The notes under the pieces: generated by a model
The model's database searches: none
Told to the model about the DNA's origin: nothing
What the model saw: the letters and a program-made list of their open reading frames with translations, nothing else
Made by a program: the position numbers and the translations under genes
Shown here: piece after piece, positions 33,549-41,056 of the stretch
Numbering within the stretch: the stretch's first letter is position 1
Layout of the letters: each line of letters begins with the position of its first letter
Source: Vicinamibacteria bacterium
GTDB lineage: Bacteria > Acidobacteriota > Vicinamibacteria > Fen-336 > JAGNNV01
Direction of reading: 5' to 3'
DNA: 50,146 nucleotides
Assembly (NCBI GenBank): GCA_035432945.1
Contig: DAORUA010000001.1
Location: 3,500-53,645, forward strand

Positions 33549-35272
33549 GGGAGATCCTCGTATCGGACCTTGAAGATCATCACCCGGGCGTGGGCGAATT
33601 CCCGGTCGTACACCGGCACGAGGTAGGCGCGGGCGGCGAGCAGATCGAGGGTGATCTCCGGCGCCTGATCCATTGGAAACGACGTGGCCAGGACGAACTG
33701 AATCGAGTAGCGATCACGGCCCTCGGCCAGCAGGGAGCGCGGGCCGTCGCGGAGCAGCGCATTCTCGACCTCCATGCGTTTGAGGTGATCGTTCGGGAGG
33801 TTGAGCGCATCGGAGATCAGCACCCGCCGAGCGCCATACGCCGCGATCCATCGCGCGTAGTTCCGGTCCCCGGCGAACACGGCGTCGGGCGGCGTGTTGT
33901 TTCTCACGAAGCGGGTGGGCTCGGCGATCCAGTCGGGCAGCGGCTGGCGCGCGGCCACGAAGTACTGGTCCATCGTCCCGGGGTCCCACCAGGCCGGAAG
34001 CAGAGAGGGAAGGAGGAGGACGAGCGCCATGGCGGCCGCGACCGCGCTGCGCCCCGCCGCGAGGGGGCTTCGATTCTCCCGGATCCGGCCCAGGATCAGG
34101 AGCATGGCCCGGAACATCCCGACCCCCGCGAAGAGGCCGGTCCAGAACCGGCACCAGTAGAACGCCTCATCCTGCTCGCGGGCCTGGCCGAGGAGGCCCA
34201 GGACCGGGAAGAGTTGCCACACGAGGTGAGATGCCAGCCACTGGCTCGCGAGGATTCGACCGAACCGGCCGTCCTTGCCATAGGAACTCCACGCGCCGAA
34301 CGCGCTCAGCAGAAAGAGCGCGCCCAGCCGCAGCGGCCCTTCGAAGGGTCTCTCGGAGAAGGGTGAAACCCGCAGCGAGGCGTCGCCCTCGAGAAGCAGA
34401 GGGTAGGCCAGCGCGAGCATGGCCAGGTACGGGCTCACGATCAACAGGTTCACGCCCACCGCGGTTCCGACATCGATGGCATCCTTCATCCGCTCGCTTC
34501 GGCGGGTCAGCCACGACAGGGCCGCGAACACGGCGAAGCCCGCGACCACGAGAGCCATGTGAATGACGAAGGCCCATCCGACGAGCTGAAGGACGAACCC
34601 CGCGACCAGCCGGGTTCTCCAGGTGCCGGCGCGAGCCAGGGCGAGGGCGGCGAACGGAGCGAGGACGAGGCCGAGGGCGTGGTTGGGCTTCAGGAGGAAG
34701 GTGAGCGCCCACGGATTTCGAAAGGGCCCGGCGAAGTCACCGGGCACGGCGATGAGGAGGAGTGCTCCGAGGGCGGCGAACGCGGCCTCGACGTTCCGGT
34801 GTTCGGATGGCTCCATGCCCCGGATCCAGCAGGAGCGAAGGGAGAGCAGGAGGGCGAGACCCGCGAGCAAGGGAGCCCACTGGAAGACCAGGTTCACCCG
34901 ATCGACGTTGAAGCCGGAGGCGAGGGCGACGAGAAGCGGCCAGACCGGTTCGAAATGAAGGTGATGGACCTGGGAGGTGTGGAGGGGCGAGAAGCCCAGG
35001 GCCACCACGTTCGCCCAGCCGAGGTGATTCTCGCGGTCCATGCTGCCATTGGCGCCGTACACGCTGGGGAGGGGGAACATGGTGGCGAACCAGGCCAGGA
35101 GGTGGCCGGTCGCCGCGATTCCCAGCACGATCCGGCCGGCGCGCCGATCATCCGCGCCCCGGGTCAGAAGCGCCGCGCCCAGCAGGGCCGCGACCGTGAA
35201 GACGAGTCGCGCGGCGGCGAGCCAACGGTCGACGTCCATCCCGTCGAGGTTGAAGCCGAAGAGGTTCAGCAC
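33545..35272 (-). CDS. Polytopic membrane protein with a C-terminal soluble domain (GT-C-like candidate; ArnT/PMT-like or ligase/polymerase-like)
   Basis: ORF track, 575 aa, with a GTG start at 35272 (an alternative ATG lies at 35239). It has about 11-12 hydrophobic helices. These are followed by WWDP and a soluble tail whose layout parallels 32277..33548. Confidence 0.7.
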   Translation of the reverse strand: MLNLFGFNLDGMDVDRWLAAARLVFTVAALLGAALLTRGADDRRAGRIVLGIAATGHLLAWFATMFPLPSVYGANGSMDRENHLGWANVVALGFSPLHTSQVHHLHFEPVWPLLVALASGFNVDRVNLVFQWAPLLAGLALLLSLRSCWIRGMEPSEHRNVEAAFAALGALLLIAVPGDFAGPFRNPWALTFLLKPNHALGLVLAPFAALALARAGTWRTRLVAGFVLQLVGWAFVIHMALVVAGFAVFAALSWLTRRSERMKDAIDVGTAVGVNLLIVSPYLAMLALAYPLLLEGDASLRVSPFSERPFEGPLRLGALFLLSAFGAWSSYGKDGRFGRILASQWLASHLVWQLFPVLGLLGQAREQDEAFYWCRFWTGLFAGVGMFRAMLLILGRIRENRSPLAAGRSAVAAAMALVLLLPSLLPAWWDPGTMDQYFVAARQPLPDWIAEPTRFVRNNTPPDAVFAGDRNYARWIAAYGARRVLISDALNLPNDHLKRMEVENALLRDGPRSLLAEGRDRYSIQFVLATSFPMDQAPEITLDLLAARAYLVPVYDREFAHARVMIFKVRYEDLP

Positions 35273-35347
35273 CGCACCATCATCGAGTGGAACTTAGCAC
35301 CGGCCCGCCCGCGGGTTCGGTCGATCATTTCTGCGACAATCAAGCGG
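35273..35347. promoter_or_regulatory. 75-bp divergent intergenic region that must hold the promoters for the 17-gene minus-strand operon and for the plus-strand AsnB3-GT4 pair
   Basis: This is the only non-coding DNA between the divergent starts at 35272 (minus) and 35348 (plus), and it is locally less GC-rich (tcgatcatttctgcgacaatcaagcgg). I could not confidently assign -35 and -10 boxes. Confidence 0.4.
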
Positions 35348-37279
35348 ATGTGCGGCATTGTCGGCGTTGTGACTCGCGATCCGACCCGTCTGCGTGACAT
35401 CGGGCGAATGACCGAGGCGATACGTCATCGCGGCCCCGACGATGAGGGGTACCTTTTCGTCGACAGCCGGACGGGCACGGTGTGTCCAGGCCGCGGCCGG
35501 GATACCCATCGAGACGCGCCGGGAGCGGATCTGGCCGCGATCGACACCGCCCCCTTCGACGTCGCGTTTGGCCACCGGAGGCTCTCGATCCTTGATCTCT
35601 CGGTGGGCGGACATCAGCCCATGGCGTCGCGGGACCGCCGGTACTGGATCACCTACAACGGCGAGATCTACAACTACATCGAACTGCGGGCGGAACTCGA
35701 GGGCCTGGGCTTCCGCTTCTCGACCGCTTCCGACACCGAGGTCCTGATCGCGGCCTGGGAGACCTGGGGCGCCGCGGCCCTGCCGCGCTTGAACGGAATG
35801 TGGGCCTTCGCCCTCATCGACCTGCGGGAGCGCCGCCTCGTTCTGTCGCGTGACCGGTTCGGAGAAAAGCCCCTCTTCTACCGGCACGACCGGACCGCGT
35901 TCGCCTTCGCGTCGGAGATCGGGGCCCTCAAGGCCGGCGGGTGGATCCGGGGCGTGGACGAGCAGGTCCTTTCCTCCTTCCTGAGCCAGGGCGTGGTCGA
36001 TGAGGGCGAGAGGACCTTCTTCGACGGCGTCACCCGCGTTCCGCCGGGAGGCACGCTCGTGCTCGATCTCCGGAGCTTCGACCTGGCCGCGTCCCGCTCG
36101 TACTCCCTTCCCCTGGAGGGCGGCGCCGAGCCCTCGGTCGAGGAATTCAGGGACCTTCTGGATGATGCCATCCGCATTCGACGGCGCAGCGACGTCCCGG
36201 TGGGCACCTGCCTTTCGGGCGGGCTCGACTCTTCCGCGATCACCGCGCTCTCGTCGCGGCAGCTGAAGGGCGCGGGCGACTATCACGCGTTCTCCGCGTT
36301 GTACGCGGACGCCGGGCTATCGGAGGCGCCCTTCGTGAAGGACGCGGTTTCCGCGACCGGAGTGATCGACCATGTGATCACTCCCGACGGCGCCGGATTG
36401 CGCGCCGACCTGGTGAGTTTCATCAAGACCCAGGGCGAACCCACCCCTTCCCTTGGCGCCTACACCCAGTATTGCGTGGCCCGCGCGGCGGCCGCCGCCG
36501 GGGTCAAGGTTCTTCTCGACGGGCAGGGCGCCGACGAACTCCTGGCGGGCTACCACTACCAGGCGGGGCCGTATCTGGCCGAGATCTGGAGCCGCCGCGG
36601 TCCCCTCGCGGCCGCGGGAGAGATCCGGGCCCTGGCCCGGAACATGTCGCGCACGCCCCTGTGGCTGGGCGCGCTCGCCGCCTACCATCGTTTCCCCTGG
36701 CCCGCGACGGCGCGGTCGCTCATTCGCGCCCGAGGCGCCTCGCACGCGGTGCTTCCCGAAGGCGCGCTGGCCCCGGATTTCCGCGCGCTTGCCCGGGCGG
36801 GGCTCAAGCACCAGCCGAGCCGGAGCATCGATGACGAGCGGCGGCTCAGCCTGGGGGTCACGAGCCTTCCCGCGCTGCTTCGCTACGAGGACCGAAACAC
36901 CATGCGCTTCGCGGTCGAGGCGCGGCTGCCCTTTCTGGATTTCCGGGTGGTCGACGCCGGCCTGCGGTTGTCTTCGGCCTCGCTCTTCCGCGGCGGCTGG
37001 ACGAAGTCCATTCTTCGCGATGCGGTCTCCGGTCTCCTGCCCGAGTCCATCGTTCGCCGGAAGGACAAACTCGGCTTCGCCACGCCGGACGCGCGTCTGC
37101 TGCGCGAGGCCTTCCCCGTGGTGCGGGAGGCGCTCATGGATTGCGGCGACCTCGACGGCCGCCTCGATCGAGGCTTCGTGCGGGAGCGGCTCGCGGAAGG
37201 AGAGGCGCTCGCGGATCGGCCCTTCCTGGCGCGGTGGTGCGCCTCCGCGATCTGGCTTCGCGAGTGTCTCCGTGCCTGA
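35348..37279 (+). CDS. Asparagine synthase-family glutamine amidotransferase (AsnB paralog 3)
   Basis: The track ORF 34559..37279 is over-extended across the divergent gene. The real start is ATG 35348 (MCGIVGV). It has RRLSILDLSVGGHQP and the PP-loop CLSGGLDSS. Confidence 0.9.
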   Translation: MCGIVGVVTRDPTRLRDIGRMTEAIRHRGPDDEGYLFVDSRTGTVCPGRGRDTHRDAPGADLAAIDTAPFDVAFGHRRLSILDLSVGGHQPMASRDRRYWITYNGEIYNYIELRAELEGLGFRFSTASDTEVLIAAWETWGAAALPRLNGMWAFALIDLRERRLVLSRDRFGEKPLFYRHDRTAFAFASEIGALKAGGWIRGVDEQVLSSFLSQGVVDEGERTFFDGVTRVPPGGTLVLDLRSFDLAASRSYSLPLEGGAEPSVEEFRDLLDDAIRIRRRSDVPVGTCLSGGLDSSAITALSSRQLKGAGDYHAFSALYADAGLSEAPFVKDAVSATGVIDHVITPDGAGLRADLVSFIKTQGEPTPSLGAYTQYCVARAAAAAGVKVLLDGQGADELLAGYHYQAGPYLAEIWSRRGPLAAAGEIRALARNMSRTPLWLGALAAYHRFPWPATARSLIRARGASHAVLPEGALAPDFRALARAGLKHQPSRSIDDERRLSLGVTSLPALLRYEDRNTMRFAVEARLPFLDFRVVDAGLRLSSASLFRGGWTKSILRDAVSGLLPESIVRRKDKLGFATPDARLLREAFPVVREALMDCGDLDGRLDRGFVRERLAEGEALADRPFLARWCASAIWLRECLRA

Positions 37280-38384
37280 GGCTCGGAGCGCGGCGCCCCC
37301 GAGGTGCCTCTTCGTCATCAACGACCTGGCGCGCGCCGGCGCGGAGAAGCAGGCGAGTCTCCTCGCCCTCGGGCTCCGCGAGCTCGGATGGTCGGTGTCC
37401 TTCGTGCTGATCAAGGAGCGAAACGACTTCGCCGATCCCCTGGCCGCCGCCTCGATTCCAGTGGCCGCGCTCCATCGGCGCGGTCCGTTCGACCAGGGAA
37501 TAGTCGGGCGACTCCGCCGCGTGATCGCGGAGTCGTCACCGGATGTGGTCGTGTCCTTCCTCTTCCTGGCAAACCTGCTCACCGTCCTGGCCTCGCGCTC
37601 CCTGAAGAACCGCCCGAAGGTGGTGGTTTCGGTTCGGGAGTCGTACCAGCGCAACCATTCCGCGATCCATCGGCTGATCGCGCGCCTGGCGCATCGAAGC
37701 GCCGACCTCACCATCGTCAATTCGATGAGCATCCTCCGCGAAGAGGAGGCCGGGTTTCCGAAGACCGCCCGGATCGTCCACCTCCCGAACGCGGTGGTTC
37801 CAAGGCCAGAGGACCCTGTGCCCTGGCCCGCGTTCGGCGCGCGGGGCGGAGGGCTGGTCGTGTCCGTCGGACAACTGGCCCCGGTCAAGGGCCATCGCAT
37901 CCTGATCGAGGCCTTCGCTTCGGTCGCCGGGGCGAACCCCGACGTCCGCCTCGCGCTGGTCGGCGCGGGACCCGAAGAACCGGGTCTCCGGGCCCTTGCC
38001 CTTGCCCGGGGCGTCTCGGATCGCGTCCTTTTCATTGGGCACCAGGAAGACCCGCTCCCGTTCATGGCCGCCGCGGATCTCTTCGTCCAGCCCTCCCTGT
38101 CCGAGGGCATGTCGAATTCCCTGATGGAAGCCATGTCCCTCGGCCGCTGCATCGTGGCCACCCGGGTCGGGGCCGCGCCGGATGTGCTCGAGGACGAGGT
38201 GCATGCGCTGCTGTGTCCGCCCACCGCGGCAGGCCTGGCCGCGGCCCTGAACCGCGCCCTCGGAGATCCGGGCCTTCGCGATCGACTGGGCGAGGCCGCC
38301 CGGCGGCGGTCGCGGGACTTCTCCATCGATCGCATCGCGGGAGAGTTGGACGCCCTTCTGCGCGACGCGGTTCGGCGGCGCTAA
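37272..38384 (+). CDS. GT4 glycosyltransferase
   Basis: This is the frame of track ORF 36453..38384, whose upstream part is an alternate frame of AsnB 3. The first plausible start is GTG 37272, which overlaps the AsnB stop by 8 nt. The protein contains CLFVINDLARAGAEKQ and QPSLSEGMSNSLMEAMSLGRCIVAT (E-x7-E). The exact start is uncertain. Confidence 0.8.
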   Translation: MPEARSAAPPRCLFVINDLARAGAEKQASLLALGLRELGWSVSFVLIKERNDFADPLAAASIPVAALHRRGPFDQGIVGRLRRVIAESSPDVVVSFLFLANLLTVLASRSLKNRPKVVVSVRESYQRNHSAIHRLIARLAHRSADLTIVNSMSILREEEAGFPKTARIVHLPNAVVPRPEDPVPWPAFGARGGGLVVSVGQLAPVKGHRILIEAFASVAGANPDVRLALVGAGPEEPGLRALALARGVSDRVLFIGHQEDPLPFMAAADLFVQPSLSEGMSNSLMEAMSLGRCIVATRVGAAPDVLEDEVHALLCPPTAAGLAAALNRALGDPGLRDRLGEAARRRSRDFSIDRIAGELDALLRDAVRRR

Positions 38385-38402
38385 AGGCGGGTGGACCGGC
38401 GG

Positions 38403-40253
38403 TCAACCCCCTTCCACCACCTCGGTGAACCACAACTCGAGGCACAGCAGCGCCCAGAGCCGGAAGCCATGCGACTCGCGGCCGGAGGTGTGATCCGAGA
38501 TCATCCGCTCCACCCGGGCCGGGTCGAACAACCCCCGTTGGCGCGCCCGCTGCGAAAGAAGCGTGTCGCGTACCATGGGCTGGAGCTCGCCTTTGAACCA
38601 GGCGCCGATCGGGATGGCGAATCCCATCTTGGGCCGGTCGATCACCGACGCGGGCAAGTGCCTTCGCGCCAGGGCCTTGAGGACGAGCTTTCCTTCAGAG
38701 AAGTTGCTGGAAATACCTTCCGGAATCCGCAGCGCCCACTCCACGAGTTCATGATCGAGAAGAGGAGACCGTCCTTCGAGGGAGTTCGCCATGGTCGCGA
38801 TGTCGACCTTGGTCAGGATGTCTCCGGGCAGGTAGGTCATGGCATCGCAGTACTGGAGGAGTCTCACTCCAACCGGTTCGCCTGATTCGGCCATGAACGA
38901 GTAGAGCCACTCGTAGGAGTCGATCGCATCGACTTCCTGGCGCATGTCGTCGGTGTAGAGCCCTCTCTTCTCCTCCGGAGAGAAGTACGACATCAACCGG
39001 GCGTAGCCCTGGCGGGGATTGTGTCCGGCTCCGGCGAACGCGCGTCGAGCCCTCAGGGGAAGGGCGCGCCACTGGGCCAGGGCGCGGGCCGCGGGGGCTA
39101 TGGGCATCAGGAGGCGGGCGAGCTTGAAGTAGGGGAGCGCCCGGTAGCGGTCGTAGCCCGCGAAGAACTCGTCCCCCCCGTCCCCATTCAAGGCCACGGT
39201 GACATGCTCGCGGGTGAGCTTCGCGAGGTAGTACGAAGGCAGCGCCGATGAATCGGCATACGGCTCCCCGTAGTGCCGCACCAGTTTCGGCAGAACCTCG
39301 GCGGCATTCGACTTCACCACGAACTCGTGGTGGTCCGTCGCGTACCGTTCCGCCACCGCGCGGGCATGCGGGAGTTCGTTGAAGCCGCTCTCCTCGAAGC
39401 CGATGGAGAAGGTCTTCACCTTCGTGAACTCGGACATCAGGGCGACGATGAGCGACGAGTCGACGCCGCCGGAGAGAAAGGCGCCGAGGGGAACCTCGCT
39501 CATCAGGCGCTTGCGCACCGCCTCCTTGAGCCGCCGTTCGGTCTCGTTGACCGCGTCTTCCATGGTGAGGTCGAGCCGCGGCCCGCAGTTCGGCTGCCAG
39601 TACCTCGAGACCTTCGCCTTCCCGCCCTCGAAGACCAGGACATGCGCGGGCGGGAGCTTCCGGATCGCCTTGAACCCCGAGGCGGGGGCGGGAACGTACT
39701 GGTAGGTCAGGCAATCGTGGATCGCTCTTCGGTCCACGTCGCGCGACACCCGCGGGTCCGCGAGGACCGCGGAGAATTCGCTGCCGAAGGTGATCCGGCC
39801 CTGCGACTCCGCGTAGGCGAGCGGCTTCTTGCCGAGCCGGTCGCGGCCGAGCAGGAGGCGCTGCCGGTCTTCGTCCCAGATGGCGAAGGCGAACATGCCG
39901 TGGAGATGCTTCGGAACATCGTCGCCCCACTGCTCGAAACCGTGGACGATGGTCTCCACGTCGGAGTGCGTCTTGAAATGGTGGCCGAGCCCTTCGAGCT
40001 CGCGGCGAAGGTCGAGGTAGTTGTAGATCTCGCCGTTGGCCATGACCTGGATCCGGCCGGTCTCGTTGGCGATCGGCTGGGCGCCGCCCGCGACGTCGAT
40101 GATCGACAGCCGGCGAAACGAGAACCCCGCGCGCCCGAACACTTCGACCCGGCCGTCATCGGGGCCCCGATGGGTGATGGCCTGCCCCATCCGCTCCAGA
40201 AGCTCACGCGAAGGAGCCCCCTCCGCTTCGACGACACCCGCGATTCCACACAT
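38403..40253 (-). CDS. Asparagine synthase-family glutamine amidotransferase (AsnB paralog 4)
   Basis: ORF track, 616 aa. It has MCGIAG, RRLSIIDVAGGAQP and the PP-loop FLSGGVDSS. Confidence 0.9.
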   Translation of the reverse strand: MCGIAGVVEAEGAPSRELLERMGQAITHRGPDDGRVEVFGRAGFSFRRLSIIDVAGGAQPIANETGRIQVMANGEIYNYLDLRRELEGLGHHFKTHSDVETIVHGFEQWGDDVPKHLHGMFAFAIWDEDRQRLLLGRDRLGKKPLAYAESQGRITFGSEFSAVLADPRVSRDVDRRAIHDCLTYQYVPAPASGFKAIRKLPPAHVLVFEGGKAKVSRYWQPNCGPRLDLTMEDAVNETERRLKEAVRKRLMSEVPLGAFLSGGVDSSLIVALMSEFTKVKTFSIGFEESGFNELPHARAVAERYATDHHEFVVKSNAAEVLPKLVRHYGEPYADSSALPSYYLAKLTREHVTVALNGDGGDEFFAGYDRYRALPYFKLARLLMPIAPAARALAQWRALPLRARRAFAGAGHNPRQGYARLMSYFSPEEKRGLYTDDMRQEVDAIDSYEWLYSFMAESGEPVGVRLLQYCDAMTYLPGDILTKVDIATMANSLEGRSPLLDHELVEWALRIPEGISSNFSEGKLVLKALARRHLPASVIDRPKMGFAIPIGAWFKGELQPMVRDTLLSQRARQRGLFDPARVERMISDHTSGRESHGFRLWALLCLELWFTEVVEGG

Positions 40254-40284
40254 GGAAAGGCGAGGTTACCTTCCGACGGGCGGG

Positions 40285-41034
40285 CTACCCGAACATCAGG
40301 ACGAAGGCCACCTTGCCCGCGAGGTACACGGCCCAGGGGATCAAGACACCCCACACCCCGGTGCTCAAGCCGCGCTTGCCCGCGACCGCGAATCCGGTGG
40401 CGAAGAGGAACAGGGTCCACAAGGAGAAGAGATCAAAGCTGGAGAGCAGGCTCCAGAGCCACCGGGACATGCTGCCAACCTCGAAGAAGATGGTGGGATT
40501 CGCCTGGATGATCTGGTTGGGGTCGACATTCCAGTCGCCCTTGAGCCAGAAGACCAGCAGCATGATCGGGGTCTGGATGAGCCCCAGGGCCGCGAAGGTC
40601 CAGACCACGGTCGCGAAGGACCGCATGAAGGACACGTCCGCGGCCATGAAGAACCGGAAGATGAACATGAAGAGGCCGGCGAGGACGAGGTCGATCAGCA
40701 CCGGCGCTATGAACGGGGCGATGCGTCCCCAGGTCCGCATGAATCGAGCCTGGGTGTTGATGATCTGCTCGACCTGCTCGGCGGGCATCTGCTGGATTCT
40801 CGTGTTCTGCTCCATCTGCGCTTTCATGAACTCCCGCGCATCCATCTTCTCCAGCCAGATCGAAGTGAAGAGCACGCCCATCGCGATCTGAAGCAGAAGG
40901 GCCATCCACACCCGCGGCTTCACGAAGATCTTCGAAAAGGTCTCCGTGGGCTCGAAGTAGAGGTTGAACAGGTTCCCGAGGAACGAACCGGAGTCCGCGG
41001 GAGGCGCTTCGGGGACGGCTGGAGTTTCGGTCAC
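40285..41034 (-). CDS. Yip1-domain-like integral membrane protein
   Basis: ORF track, 249 aa, with a GTG start at 41034 and GAGGAG 6 nt upstream. It has five hydrophobic helices, and its N-terminal FEPTETFSKIFVKPRVW segment is typical of bacterial Yip1-family proteins. The family call rests on memory only. Confidence 0.6.
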   Translation of the reverse strand: MTETPAVPEAPPADSGSFLGNLFNLYFEPTETFSKIFVKPRVWMALLLQIAMGVLFTSIWLEKMDAREFMKAQMEQNTRIQQMPAEQVEQIINTQARFMRTWGRIAPFIAPVLIDLVLAGLFMFIFRFFMAADVSFMRSFATVVWTFAALGLIQTPIMLLVFWLKGDWNVDPNQIIQANPTIFFEVGSMSRWLWSLLSSFDLFSLWTLFLFATGFAVAGKRGLSTGVWGVLIPWAVYLAGKVAFVLMFG

Positions 41035-41056
41035 GAGGGTCTCCTCGCGGCTGAAT

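Noticed and set aside
10754-35272. A PEP-CTERM/exosortase system, suggested by the FemAB-like, AsnB and deacetylase trio
   Set aside because: The window contains no exosortase (EpsH-like) gene, no chain-length/tyrosine-kinase pair and no OPX gene. None of the secreted proteins ends in a PEP-CTERM anchor; they end in ...GSAN(I/V)W. The deacetylase is also not the usual locus-specific type as far as I can tell, so I keep only the chemical analogy.
10754-37279. N-terminal extensions of track ORFs (10754..12757, 16612..18237, 21154..22431, 21951..24458, 29076..30941, 31303..33309, 34559..37279, 36453..38384, 46352..47533)
   Set aside because: In each case the extension overlaps the upstream gene in another frame and is Arg/Pro-rich. 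An internal start lies exactly at the upstream stop, or shortly downstream of it, and yields the canonical family N-terminus (for example MCGIVG, MIVVLLPAYNEE, MNSALQ). I trimmed them.
14680-40253. AsnB homologs considered as lasso-peptide cyclases or beta-lactam/carbapenam synthetases (a RiPP or natural-product cluster)
   Set aside because: All four retain the N-terminal Cys2 glutaminase domain, which lasso cyclases lack. I found no small precursor ORF, no transglutaminase-like leader peptidase and no other beta-lactam pathway genes. The context is uniformly glycosyltransferases and polysaccharide export.
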